Assembly (NCBI GenBank): GCA_964406735.1
Contig: CAYOSU010000005.1
Coordinates: 11,407-75,406, forward strand
DNA length: 64,000 bases
DNA from: an uncultured Clostridia bacterium
GTDB lineage: Bacteria > Bacillota > Clostridia > Christensenellales > CAMQZB01
Direction of reading: 5' to 3'
Shown: piece after piece, positions 17,919 through 27,766 of the stretch
Numbering within the stretch: the stretch's first letter is position 1
How the letters are laid out: each line of letters starts with the position of its first letter
The notes under the pieces: generated by a model
Seen by the model: only the letters and a program-made list of their open reading frames with translations
Databases searched by the model: none
Told to the model about the DNA's origin: nothing
Made by a program: the position numbers and the translations under genes

Positions 17919-18552
17919 CACAAATGAAAAGAGTACGAATAAGACCTTAGTAATAGGCGTTGCGGGCGGTACAGGTTCAGGAAAGACAACGCTTGCAAAG
18001 AAGCTATATGAAGCATTCTATCCGGACGTTTGCATGCTCTCGCACGACTATTATTACAAAGACAACCACAATATGCCGTTTGACGAGAGAAAAAAGCTTA
18101 ATTACGACCATCCGAATTCTCTCGACACCGATATGATGATCGAGGACATAAAAAAATTGACGTTGGGCGTCCCTATCATGCACCCGACTTACGACTTCGA
18201 GACTCATTTGAGGGCGGAATTTCATCCTATGGAGCCGAAAAAGATAATCATAGTCGAAGGTATACTCCTCTTTGAAAACAAGGCGTTGACCGACTTATTC
18301 GACGTCAAAATATTCGTCGATACGGATGCGGACGTCAGATTTATAAGAAGATTAAAGCGAGACGTTAATAAACGTGGCAGGTCTATGGAATCGGTTATAA
18401 CGCAGTATCTCACGACGGTAAAGCCTATGCACGAGCAGTTCGTCGAGCCGTCGAAGCGTTACGCCGACATTATCGTTCCCGAAGGCGGTCATAACGTCGT
18501 TGCGGTCAATATGATAGTCGACGCAATCAAAAAGCGTTTTGAAAACGAATAA
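17911..18552 (+). CDS. udk: uridine kinase
   Basis: P-loop GVAGGTGSGKTTLA, NYDHPNSLD and FVDTDADVRFIRRLKRD, all classic Udk motifs. Confidence 0.9.
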   Translation: MSNTNEKSTNKTLVIGVAGGTGSGKTTLAKKLYEAFYPDVCMLSHDYYYKDNHNMPFDERKKLNYDHPNSLDTDMMIEDIKKLTLGVPIMHPTYDFETHLRAEFHPMEPKKIIIVEGILLFENKALTDLFDVKIFVDTDADVRFIRRLKRDVNKRGRSMESVITQYLTTVKPMHEQFVEPSKRYADIIVPEGGHNVVAVNMIVDAIKKRFENE

Positions 18553-18571
18553 TAATTCTATCTGAAATATT

Positions 18572-18604
18572 AAAAGGTGTCAGCAAAAGCCGACACCTTT
18601 TTTG
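18572..18604. terminator. bidirectional terminator between udk and the convergent GH gene
   Basis: AAAAGGTGTC-agcaaaagcc-GACACCTTTT, with an A-run on one flank and a T-run on the other. Confidence 0.75.
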
Positions 18605-18616
18605 TTTATATTTTTA

Positions 18617-20665
18617 TTACTTTATTTCGAGAATACACGAATCGTACGCACCGAGCGTTTCGGATATTACGTTCTCGTAATTTCTTTCCGTATTTGCATT
18701 GACGTTGTACGCCGTGCCGACATTCGACATTCCGACCTTTTCGGCAGGTACAGAAACCTCTCTCTCCTCGCCCTCAAAGTTGAACAACGCAACGAAGTGC
18801 CTTCCATCGTGATGCAAGAAGTAGACGTTGGTCGTTCCGTCTCCCATGTACGCAGGAACGAATGCCTTGTGGAAGCGAGCTATCTCGTTTAGCTTGGGAT
18901 TATTTGCAAGCTCTATAGTTCTTCTTCTTGCCTCTTTTATCTGTTCCTCTTCACCGGCAGGACCGTAGTTATCGGAAAGGAGCATTATCGTCCCCGAGAT
19001 AACGGAAGCGTTGAAGCGAGATCTTGCGGAATTGAAGTCCGTAGGTCCTCTTCCGTCTACGAATGATTGCTGAAGTACCGTGTGATCGGGATCGGCAAAC
19101 TGATAAAGCGTACCGTTCGTCCACCAGCCGTAGTTCAAAGCGTTGAGTATATATCTTACGTCCTCGTGATGTCCGAAAGCGTCGCAACAGCATCTTCTGC
19201 CGTGGCCGTATCCTGCAGGGAAAAGCGGAGCGATCGAAAGATCGATAAAGATGTCTCTGCCGACCTTCTCGGGATCTATTTCTTCTCTTAAGATGTTATA
19301 GAACCTCATCATTGCCTGACGACCCGTTCTTATGGACTTATCGTATCTTTCTCCCTCGACTGCGCCGTGAGCCAAGAAGTCGATCTTTATGTAATCAAAG
19401 CCAAGGTCGATAAGCTCTCTTATCGTGAGACGAAGATTTTTCTCTGCCTCGGGAAGGGTTATATCAACGGGCATCGAACCGTCGATAGTGGGATAAGGAT
19501 CACCGTTTTTATCGTGCATGATAAGGTCGAGCAAGTTCTTCGTCGGATCGCTCTTTAAGGGGAGCATGCCGAGCAATTTATGAGCCATCAAAGGTCCCAT
19601 ATAAGAGCCTGCTTTCTGGCCTCTTGACTTTATGTCGCCGATAACTCTTCTCAATTCATTGGGATCTAAGCCAAAGTTTGCGTCTAGGTTGATGTAAGCA
19701 CAGCCCTCGCTATCCTTGAACTCGGGGAGGCTTTCGTGGAAGAACTTTGACGTCGTCTCCCAAGACTGCAACGTATGGAAAAGGGAAACGGAGCAGGAAT
19801 AGCTGTTCCATCCGAAAGGAACTACGTTCTTCCACTTGAAGAAGAACTTATCTTCCATTGCCACCTTGCCGTATTCCTCCATACCACACCTGATATCGTC
19901 GTACCAACCGCAAAGGAACCTTGCAGACATTACACTCTTGCCGATAAGCGTGCCGTGTGGATATATATCGTGCGTACATTCGTCTGCAACACCCGAAAAT
20001 GCCGTATAACATCTTGCATCCCAAGCGGAGCACTTTATTGCGTTCTTCCAAGTATCGAAGTCAAGCGCACCGATGACCAAACCGTTATTCGTGTTAGCCT
20101 CGAAAACTGCAGTTACGTCATAGCTCGTTCTTCCAGGACGCAAATGGTCGGATTCATAGCGTACCCACATGTCGTTATCGTAGGGAACTAAGAGCATTCT
20201 CTGATCAAGAGACAAGAACAAGGGCTTGCACTCTGCGTTAGGATAAGCAAAATCCAAGGGAGCTATGTAATTCGTCTCCGTTTCTTTCGTGAGATCCTCT
20301 ATTTCACCCTGAGCAACGAAATATCTCTTGTCGTTAAACAACGTTATATGGTTTGTAAAACGCAAGCCGTTCTCTTCAAATACGAGGGAAATTTCTTTTC
20401 TGTCTTTCCCCTCGTTCTCATCGGAAGAAACGTACTTTGCCGTTCTCGTATCCAAAACTCTGCCGTCAGCAACGGAAGCTCTTGAATGGCACATCGTTAT
20501 CTTTTCGCCGTCAAGCGAGAAAAAGAATACGTTGTTATCCATTAACGATATCTTCATTCTGCCGTACGAAAACTCCTTGACAGCACAAGGAACTTTCATA
20601 AATTCAGACATCATCTTTTGAAGCAATTCTTCGGGAAGCTTGAACTGCTGTAATAAATCATCCAT
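18617..20665 (-). CDS. clan GH-D (alpha-galactosidase-like, GH27/GH36-related) glycoside hydrolase
   Basis: FGWNSYS, DYIKIDFL and DPDHTVL resemble the GWNSW, DYLKxD and DPDML motifs of the GH27/36 catalytic barrel. Substrate specificity cannot be called. Confidence 0.65.
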   Translation of the reverse strand: MDDLLQQFKLPEELLQKMMSEFMKVPCAVKEFSYGRMKISLMDNNVFFFSLDGEKITMCHSRASVADGRVLDTRTAKYVSSDENEGKDRKEISLVFEENGLRFTNHITLFNDKRYFVAQGEIEDLTKETETNYIAPLDFAYPNAECKPLFLSLDQRMLLVPYDNDMWVRYESDHLRPGRTSYDVTAVFEANTNNGLVIGALDFDTWKNAIKCSAWDARCYTAFSGVADECTHDIYPHGTLIGKSVMSARFLCGWYDDIRCGMEEYGKVAMEDKFFFKWKNVVPFGWNSYSCSVSLFHTLQSWETTSKFFHESLPEFKDSEGCAYINLDANFGLDPNELRRVIGDIKSRGQKAGSYMGPLMAHKLLGMLPLKSDPTKNLLDLIMHDKNGDPYPTIDGSMPVDITLPEAEKNLRLTIRELIDLGFDYIKIDFLAHGAVEGERYDKSIRTGRQAMMRFYNILREEIDPEKVGRDIFIDLSIAPLFPAGYGHGRRCCCDAFGHHEDVRYILNALNYGWWTNGTLYQFADPDHTVLQQSFVDGRGPTDFNSARSRFNASVISGTIMLLSDNYGPAGEEEQIKEARRRTIELANNPKLNEIARFHKAFVPAYMGDGTTNVYFLHHDGRHFVALFNFEGEEREVSVPAEKVGMSNVGTAYNVNANTERNYENVISETLGAYDSCILEIK

Positions 20666-20725
20666 AGTATTTTCTCCTTATCGTTATATTAAGCGCAAGT
20701 TCGCTAAAAGCGATCACGCCAAATT

Positions 20726-22063
20726 TTAATCCATTGCGTTGAGGTCCGTGCCTCTCGTTTCCTTTACCGTGAAAAGGGTTATAAACATACTTATCAAGCT
20801 ATAAGGAACTATTACGGAAAGCGCCGCAACGTTCAAATTGAAGATGTTCATAACTATCATAAGCTGTGCAACTCCCAGGAAGCAACCGCCCATCATAAGC
20901 ATCATTGCTCCTCCCATGATAGAACCGCGAATTCTCGTGGGGACTTTCTCTAAGAGCATGATGCTCATATAGTCAGTACCTACGAAGTAGCCGCCGAGAT
21001 ATATTCCGTTGAGTAAGCCTATTATATACGGATTGATGCCGTTCTTGCAACCCAAAATGAATGCAATGAAGCCAAACGAGGTCATAAGTCCCGACGCTAT
21101 CATAACGGGCTTTCTGCCTATCTTGTCAGCAACTATGCCGCCGATAAAGGAAAGTGCCGCATAGACGAACGGATATACGTAAAGTGCACTCGTTACGTCC
21201 TTAGCCGTAAGTCCGTTAGACGTCATAAGCGATTCGACATATGAGTACGCCGCCATCGAGCACATACCGTGGAACATAAACGCTATGACGGGCAAAAGCA
21301 CCTCTTTATGCTTGAGTATATACCCTATTGCCTTGAATACACCTACGTCGTCCTTTTCTTCTGCCTTTCTCTTTTTCTCAGCCTCGGGAAGACGCAAGAA
21401 ATTAATTCGTTTTTCAATGAACGTATCGGACTCTCTCAAAAAGAGAACGGAAGCAATGCAGATCACGATGCAGATGACCATCGGGACGATGTATACACTC
21501 CTCCACAACGTCGGATCGTTTTGCATGACGGTATCACGAAGAATAGGAACGATGACCATTCCGAGTATTCCGAGTGATTTGACGACTCCGAAAAAGCTAG
21601 TTCCTTTACCTTGCGGTGCAACCTCCATTATGTATATCATCTGAAGGTCGTTTTGCGTGAAGAATGTATAGACCGCAGATCCGATGCAATATATAGCAAC
21701 TACGGGAGACCAATAGCAAAGAAGCATTCCTACGGCAAGACCGAAAGAATTTATTATCATTACTGTCTTTCTTCCAAGAATATCAGCCAAAGACTTATAA
21801 AAAATGGAGAACATCGTGAAGATGCTGACCGCCATGTTTATGAGCGAGTATTTCGTGAGCGCTTGCTCGTAGGTTACTCCGTCTCTAACAAAAAACTCGG
21901 TTACTACAGACGACTGAATATACGTCGAAAGATTGGTAGAAAGCTCGTTTGTGATACGAGTAAGCACTATTATTATCGAGAAAACGATTATATAGCCGCC
22001 ATACGGCTTTTTACCCTTTTGATTTTCTAATTTTTTAAGCTGATTTGACTCAAATCTATTCAT
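20726..22063 (-). CDS. MFS transporter
   Basis: A 445-aa protein with about 12 TM segments and an MFS loop motif (ADILGRK, ADKIGRK). Confidence 0.85.
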   Translation of the reverse strand: MNRFESNQLKKLENQKGKKPYGGYIIVFSIIIVLTRITNELSTNLSTYIQSSVVTEFFVRDGVTYEQALTKYSLINMAVSIFTMFSIFYKSLADILGRKTVMIINSFGLAVGMLLCYWSPVVAIYCIGSAVYTFFTQNDLQMIYIMEVAPQGKGTSFFGVVKSLGILGMVIVPILRDTVMQNDPTLWRSVYIVPMVICIVICIASVLFLRESDTFIEKRINFLRLPEAEKKRKAEEKDDVGVFKAIGYILKHKEVLLPVIAFMFHGMCSMAAYSYVESLMTSNGLTAKDVTSALYVYPFVYAALSFIGGIVADKIGRKPVMIASGLMTSFGFIAFILGCKNGINPYIIGLLNGIYLGGYFVGTDYMSIMLLEKVPTRIRGSIMGGAMMLMMGGCFLGVAQLMIVMNIFNLNVAALSVIVPYSLISMFITLFTVKETRGTDLNAMD

Positions 22064-22115
22064 GGTCTATAAAAATTTCCTCTCTTTATGACGCAATTTT
22101 TTCGCAAATCACTAT

Positions 22116-22143
22116 TGACATAGCGATTATTCGTGATATAATA
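22116..22143 (+). promoter_or_regulatory. sigma-A-type promoter upstream of the TetR gene
   Basis: TTGACA (22116-22121), a 16-nt spacer, then TATAAT (22138-22143). Confidence 0.55.
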
Positions 22144-22147
22144 ATAC

Positions 22148-22180
22148 CAACAAAGTGTTGGATTGTCAACAACAAGTTGG
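22148..22180. promoter_or_regulatory. candidate TetR operator: two adjacent CAAC...GTTG palindromes
   Basis: CCAACA-aag-TGTTGG (22148-22162) and CAAC-aacaa-GTTG (22168-22180), immediately downstream of the -10 box. Confidence 0.35.
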
Positions 22181-22322
22181 AAAACTTTGATATTATTGTA
22201 ACAAAAATGAAAAAATTGTAATGAATGCCGGCGTAATGCCTAATTATTATCGTTAGCCTTAATTTTTTAGCTTTCTACTTTTAATAATTTTGCTTACTAT
22301 TTTTTATATAAAGGAGAAAAAT

Positions 22323-22901
22323 ATGCCAAACAGAAGGACTTTATTGACGAAACGGATAATCAAGGATTCCCTCGTCGATATGCTGAAGAAAAAGCCTATT
22401 GAAAGAATTACGGTAAGCGCACTCTGCATCGAAGCAGACATAAACCGCTCGACTTTCTATTCGCACTATTCTGACGTATGCGACGTTATCGAAGAGATCA
22501 AAGCGGAATTCATTACTAAGTATTGCCCGTTCGTATTCGACATCGAAGACGAGAGCATATCGAGAAATACCTTTATGAAGTTCTTTGAAGCGGTCAGAGC
22601 CAAAAGCGAGCTACTTTCCGTTTTAATGAACAACACAAATATCATCAACGATATTACTCAGCCTGCACGAGTTAACATTAAGGAGCTTTATAAAAAGCGT
22701 TGGGGACGACTTCCCAAATCGGCAGAGCTTTACCTCGATGCAGAATCTACATTCCTTACATTCGGATTCTTTGCAGCAGTAAACAGATGGCTTGAGCTTG
22801 GATGCAGAAACGATCCGTCATATCTTTACGATATGCTCAAGAGCACGATAATCAATTATTACGACAGCTTAGCTGAAGCAATAAGGAACAATCAGTTTTA
22901 A
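22323..22901 (+). CDS. TetR/AcrR-family transcriptional regulator
   Basis: N-terminal HTH ITVSALCIEADINRSTFYSHY. ATG at 22323 with an AAAGGAGAAA Shine-Dalgarno; the ORF-track start at 22290 is less likely. Confidence 0.8.
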   Translation: MPNRRTLLTKRIIKDSLVDMLKKKPIERITVSALCIEADINRSTFYSHYSDVCDVIEEIKAEFITKYCPFVFDIEDESISRNTFMKFFEAVRAKSELLSVLMNNTNIINDITQPARVNIKELYKKRWGRLPKSAELYLDAESTFLTFGFFAAVNRWLELGCRNDPSYLYDMLKSTIINYYDSLAEAIRNNQF

Positions 22902-22976
22902 TATTGACGGTAAGCCGAGGCGTTATGATTGCTATCGGCTTATTGTTTCGAAAAATATATGATAAGGAGAAATGAC

Positions 22977-24587
22977 ATGAAATCACTATTTAAAGTCAAC
23001 GGCAAGCCCTTCTTCTCTATCGGAGGGCAGGTAAACAACTCCTCTTCTTCTAACGCAGAGGTTATGAAAGTTGCTTTCGCTACGTCAAAGGGGTTGGGCC
23101 TTAATACTATCGCCGCACCCGTACATTGGGAGCTTTTTGAGCCGACGGAGAGCAATTACGACTTTACGCAAGTCAAAATGCTCATCGAAGGCGCAAGAGC
23201 GACGGGACTTAAACTCGTAATTCTTTGGTTCGGAAGCTGGAAAAACGGCAATTCGCACTACGTTCCGAGCTGGATAAAGCTCCAAAAAGACCGCTTCTTG
23301 TGGGCAAAAGCCGCTGACGGCGTAGAGATCCGCTCTCTTTCCCCCATCTGCGAAGAAACGAGGCTTGCAGACGAAAAGGCGTTCGTTACACTTTGCAAGT
23401 TCATCGCAGAGAATAATTTTGACGACACCGTTATCGGCGTGCAGGTAGAAAACGAGCCTGGTCTTATCGGTTCACCGAGAGATTATTCACCTATGGCAAA
23501 CGCGCTATTCAACGCCGAAGTTCCTCAAGAGGTAGCTGAATTTGCCGGTAAAAACGGAAATTGGGAAGAAGTGTTCGGATTCTACGGCGCAGAGTATTTC
23601 TCGGCTTATCACTTCGTAAAATACATAGACTCTATAACCGCAAAAGGCAAAGAAGTTCTCGATCTTCCGATGTATATCAACGTTTGGCTCGGCGAGATGT
23701 ATTCTCATATCCCCGGAACGAACTATCCGTCGGGTGGCGCTACTACGAGAACGTTCTCGCTTTGGAAGCACTTTGCTAAGCACATCGACGCTATTGCGCC
23801 CGATATTTACCTTTCCGATTACGCAACCTGCGACGCACTGTTTAAGACATATTCTTCTTGCGACAACACCTTCTATCTCCCCGAGTCGATGCCTACGCCT
23901 CAAGCTATTATCAACTCAATGAGAGCCGTTGCGGAATACGGGCTTTGCGGAATACATTTCTTTGGTATCGACATGTTTGCCGCACTCACAAATCCGCAGT
24001 TTAAGGATATGCTCGGTTCTATGGGCGACGACCCGATGATGAAGCAGCTTCTCCCGATGGTCGGCGAGATCACAGGCTCAATCAAAATACTCAACAGCGC
24101 AAAGCCTCTCATAGAGGAATATCAGGGCACGGGCAAGCTTTACGCAGTCGGTCAGTACGAAGGTCAGGCTAACGGGTACATCGATTTTGGCGACTATATC
24201 GGCTCGATACGCTTCCTCAACCCCACCGGTCTTGCCCTCGGCGCAGGCGGAGATACCAACATGGACAATCGCCATATGGCGGCGGCATACCCCGGATACA
24301 GAGCAAAGGGCTTTATCGTATACAAAGGAAACGGTGAGTTCTATTTGACGGGAGACGCTTACAGATTGATGCTCTTCCCGAAGAAAAACATCGTTGAAAC
24401 GACGAGCGCAGTACACGCAGGCGATTTCCTTAACCAAAGAAGCCAAGGCTACGTTTCGGTTACTGAGGGATTCTTCTCGGAAGACGGAAATTACGTCCCG
24501 ACTATCATCAGAAACGGCGACGAATACGATTACGGTCTTTGGGTAACGAACGACATCGGAGTATTGCACGTTCAGATGGATAGATAA
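22977..24587 (+). CDS. clan GH-A glycoside hydrolase, GH35-like beta-galactosidase type (DUF5597-like C-terminus)
   Basis: HWELFEPTESNYDF, LVILWFGSWKNGNSHYVPSW and VQVENEPG (NEP acid/base motif). ATG at 22977 with an AAGGAGA Shine-Dalgarno. Confidence 0.6.
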   Translation: MKSLFKVNGKPFFSIGGQVNNSSSSNAEVMKVAFATSKGLGLNTIAAPVHWELFEPTESNYDFTQVKMLIEGARATGLKLVILWFGSWKNGNSHYVPSWIKLQKDRFLWAKAADGVEIRSLSPICEETRLADEKAFVTLCKFIAENNFDDTVIGVQVENEPGLIGSPRDYSPMANALFNAEVPQEVAEFAGKNGNWEEVFGFYGAEYFSAYHFVKYIDSITAKGKEVLDLPMYINVWLGEMYSHIPGTNYPSGGATTRTFSLWKHFAKHIDAIAPDIYLSDYATCDALFKTYSSCDNTFYLPESMPTPQAIINSMRAVAEYGLCGIHFFGIDMFAALTNPQFKDMLGSMGDDPMMKQLLPMVGEITGSIKILNSAKPLIEEYQGTGKLYAVGQYEGQANGYIDFGDYIGSIRFLNPTGLALGAGGDTNMDNRHMAAAYPGYRAKGFIVYKGNGEFYLTGDAYRLMLFPKKNIVETTSAVHAGDFLNQRSQGYVSVTEGFFSEDGNYVPTIIRNGDEYDYGLWVTNDIGVLHVQMDR

Positions 24588-24600
24588 TTATTTCAAAAAT

Positions 24601-24632
24601 AAAACGCAAGGCGAAAACCTTGCGTTTTTTGT
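24601..24632. terminator. bidirectional terminator between the GH35-like gene and trxB
   Basis: AAAACGCAAGG-cgaaaa-CCTTGCGTTTT followed by TTG. Confidence 0.75.
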
Positions 24633-24656
24633 TTGTTTTATTGCATATTATTAAAA

Positions 24657-25553
24657 CTAATTTAAGCTGGCCTCTATGGCGTTTGCCGCTATTGCTCCAT
24701 CAGCGCAAGCGGTTACTATCTGCCTTAGCGGCGAAGCGGTAATATCGCCAACGGCGTACACGCCGTAAACGCTCGTCATTTTGTTTTTATCAACTATTAT
24801 AAAGCCGTAATCGTCCTTTTTTACGTCAAAATCGTCTGACGAAGGGATGATTCCTACCGCTTCAAAAAGTGCTAAAACGGCAAGCTTTTTCTCTCCATCA
24901 TTTGTTTTGACAGTAACACTTTGAAGTGTCTCTTCGCCATCAAAACCCGTTACGGTCGAAGACAACACGAACTCTACGTTGTCGCGATTTTTTAGCTCGT
25001 CGATATATTTTTGAGTGCCCCTAAACGAGTCTCTCCTATGAATAAGGTAGACTTTCTCACAGATACCGGATAGATACAGTGCATCGGTCAATGCAGTATC
25101 TCCTCCGCCTACGACTGCTACGGTCTTATCTTTAAAAAAGTAGCCGTCGCAATGGGCACAGAACGATATCCCTTTGCCGATATACTCTTCTTCATGTTCA
25201 AGCCCGAGCTTTTTCGGAGTCGCTCCGCAAGCTATTATCACATTCCTTGCCGACACCTCTTTATCAGACACTTTGAGGGTTTTTACCTTAGAGTTAAGGT
25301 CTACTGGAGTAGCAGTCCCGTACTTTATTTCAAGTCCTGCCTCTTTGCATTGCTTTGAAAGCTCATAGGAAAGCTCAAAGCCAGTCTTGCCGACTACAGA
25401 CGGGTAGTTTTCTATTACGCCGGCGTTATTCGTCTGACCGCCTAAAACGGTCTTTTCTACCAAAAGAACTTTCTTCCCGCCACGCAAAAGATACAGAGCT
25501 GCAGTCATTCCCGAAGGTCCACCGCCGATTATTATTACGTCGTATACTTCCAT
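24657..25553 (-). CDS. trxB: thioredoxin-disulfide reductase
   Basis: FAD motif IIGGGPSG, redox pair CAHCDG, NADPH motifs VVGGGDTA and HRRDSFRG, and C-terminal GDITASPLRQ. Confidence 0.85.
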   Translation of the reverse strand: MEVYDVIIIGGGPSGMTAALYLLRGGKKVLLVEKTVLGGQTNNAGVIENYPSVVGKTGFELSYELSKQCKEAGLEIKYGTATPVDLNSKVKTLKVSDKEVSARNVIIACGATPKKLGLEHEEEYIGKGISFCAHCDGYFFKDKTVAVVGGGDTALTDALYLSGICEKVYLIHRRDSFRGTQKYIDELKNRDNVEFVLSSTVTGFDGEETLQSVTVKTNDGEKKLAVLALFEAVGIIPSSDDFDVKKDDYGFIIVDKNKMTSVYGVYAVGDITASPLRQIVTACADGAIAANAIEASLN

Positions 25554-25561
25554 AATACCTC

Positions 25562-25984
25562 TTACACTCCGAGTTTCTGATTTGACGGAGCGAAATACTC
25601 GGGGATAATATCTTTGAGCAAAAACTCCTTATAATCGTCTTCGCTTTTTGCAACTATCACCCTAAACTTATCCGGATCGCAAAATTCGAGCATAACTTGT
25701 CTGCAAACTCCGCACGGCATAGCGTAAGTAGATATTTCTTTCCCCTCTACGCCGCCTATTACCGCAATAGCTAAAAACTCGCTTGCGCCCTCCGAAACCG
25801 CCTTGAAAAACGCCGTTCTTTCAGCACAATTAGTCGCTGAAAAACCGATGTTTTCTATATTGCATCCCTTATATATTTCTCCATTTTTGGTAAGCAGCGC
25901 CGCACCTACCTTGAAATGCGAGTAAGGAGCATAAGCAGATTCCCTTGCTGTTATCGCTTCATTTATAAGCTTCTTTATATCCAT
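25562..25984 (-). CDS. cdd: cytidine deaminase
   Basis: CAERTA and PCGVCRQ zinc-binding motifs; 140 aa. Confidence 0.9.
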   Translation of the reverse strand: MDIKKLINEAITARESAYAPYSHFKVGAALLTKNGEIYKGCNIENIGFSATNCAERTAFFKAVSEGASEFLAIAVIGGVEGKEISTYAMPCGVCRQVMLEFCDPDKFRVIVAKSEDDYKEFLLKDIIPEYFAPSNQKLGV

Positions 25985-26150
25985 AGTATCTCCAAATGAT
26001 ATTAGTTTATAAGACGAATACTTAAACGTCTTATTAAATTTATTTTACCACAATAAAAATTAAAATTCAACTATTGATTTATGGTAAATGTGGGTGTATA
26101 ATAACTAGGTAAGATCGTCAGATCATGGATTTTTAGACAAGGAGAAAATT

Positions 26151-26921
26151 ATGAGCATTTTTACAACAATTTATAAGAAAGCATTTGGCATTCCGCCTAT
26201 GGACGGCTTTAACAGATACCTTTTCGTCAGCCCTCACCCCGACGACACAGACGTTAGTTGCGGTGCTCTTATTTCAAGACTGAAAAGAGAAGGCAAAGAA
26301 GTATATATTCTTAACGTCACAGACGGTCGCTACGGCGATATCGAATACAGACCTGACGTTACTATTCCTATGAGACAGCAAGAAGAGCTTGCCGCAAAAA
26401 AAGAATACGGCATTGACGAAAGCCACGTTATATTCCTTCCCTTTGTCGACGGCGGCGAATACGATACGGACGACGCAGCAAGAGCTATCGCACAAGAGAT
26501 CCTTCGCATTAAGCCCGAGGTCGTCGTTGCAGTTGACGGAAAGACTCTTTCAGAATGCCATGTTGACCATCAAAAGGTTGGTCTTGCGGCAGAGCATTCT
26601 ATACTTTTCTCAGGGAACACGGGTGTCGTTCAAAACAGATTCGGTGAGAAAGAAGGATTTAATATTTCCGAGATGGCATTTTATAATACCGATCACCCGA
26701 ATAAGTACGTCAAGGTTACGAAAGAAGACCTTGCAACACAGATCAGGGCTATTCGTCATCACAAATCGCAATTCTCTGAAGAGGAATTCAAGAGCTTTGA
26801 GACGTTCTTCAAAATAAGAGCTATAAGAGCCGGTCTACACGCAGGTTGCAAGTACGCAGAAAGGTACAGGGTCGTTACAAGATTCTTATCGCACTGCATT
26901 CCTGAAGGCAGCGAGATCTAA
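26151..26921 (+). CDS. PIG-L/LmbE-family deacetylase
   Basis: SPHPDDTD motif near the N-terminus and HVDHQ further downstream. Confidence 0.75.
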   Translation: MSIFTTIYKKAFGIPPMDGFNRYLFVSPHPDDTDVSCGALISRLKREGKEVYILNVTDGRYGDIEYRPDVTIPMRQQEELAAKKEYGIDESHVIFLPFVDGGEYDTDDAARAIAQEILRIKPEVVVAVDGKTLSECHVDHQKVGLAAEHSILFSGNTGVVQNRFGEKEGFNISEMAFYNTDHPNKYVKVTKEDLATQIRAIRHHKSQFSEEEFKSFETFFKIRAIRAGLHAGCKYAERYRVVTRFLSHCIPEGSEI

Positions 26922-26935
26922 AACATCAAAAAAAC

Positions 26936-26971
26936 AACGCCGAGGTCATTTGCCTCGGCGTTATTGCTTTT
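26936..26971. terminator. terminator between the convergent PIG-L and zinc-ribbon genes
   Basis: AACGCCGAGG-tcatttg-CCTCGGCGTT followed by ATTGCTTTT. Confidence 0.7.
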
Positions 26972-26985
26972 AATTTAAGTTTTAT

Positions 26986-27687
26986 TTATTTATAGATAAT
27001 TCTTCCGCATTCCTCGCACTCGATAACGTGCTTTTCTTTGAGCTTTGACATCATATTCATTGAAAGCTCCATACGGCAACCTCCGCAGGATTCACCGTTT
27101 ACGGCAACGATAGCGGGATATATCTTCTTTTCGCGGACTTTCTTATATAATCCGAAGACCTCTTTATCGCTACCGGGAACGGTCTTTTCGATCGCATCAA
27201 GCTCTCCTCTTATTCTATCAAAATCTTTCTGGTGAGACTTTTTGAGATCGTCGTATTTTTTCTTATAGGACTCAAACTCCTCTTTTGCGGTCTTGACTTT
27301 CTTTTTATAGTCGTCAAATGCGATAAGCAGAGCTTTTACGTCGGATATTATCTTCGATGCGTCGTTTTCGGCAGAAGAAAGCTCTTCGTCAAGCCTTGCA
27401 ACTTTCTTTACGAAGTAATTGATCTCAGCTTCGTCTGCGCTCTTATTGAGAAGTGCGTTATATTCTTCAAGCTCAGATGCAAGTTTTTCGATCTTCTCCT
27501 TCAAAGCGTCAAAATTAGCGTTAAGCGCAGCCGCTTTGTCGTCCATTTCCTTTATATTTTTGTCGACGTCCTGCAAAAAAGCTCTCGCTTTGACAAGCTT
27601 TCTTCTCTCATCGCTCTGCGATAAGCTCTTTTCAAGATCGATCAACTCTTTTTCTTTTCTCTGATAGTCTAAAATCTCTTGATACAT
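26986..27687 (-). CDS. coiled-coil protein with a C-terminal C4 zinc ribbon (COG1579/DUF164-like)
   Basis: A long heptad-rich Lys/Glu region followed by CGGCRM...CEECGRI. It takes the conserved position downstream of nif3. Confidence 0.7.
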   Translation of the reverse strand: MYQEILDYQRKEKELIDLEKSLSQSDERRKLVKARAFLQDVDKNIKEMDDKAAALNANFDALKEKIEKLASELEEYNALLNKSADEAEINYFVKKVARLDEELSSAENDASKIISDVKALLIAFDDYKKKVKTAKEEFESYKKKYDDLKKSHQKDFDRIRGELDAIEKTVPGSDKEVFGLYKKVREKKIYPAIVAVNGESCGGCRMELSMNMMSKLKEKHVIECEECGRIIYK

Positions 27688-27766
27688 AGTTATCTCCTTA
27701 CGAGAACGGTCAAAACGCCCGCCCTCTCTTTTAATTCATATTATAAGCTCCGTTTGTGCGGAGAAA

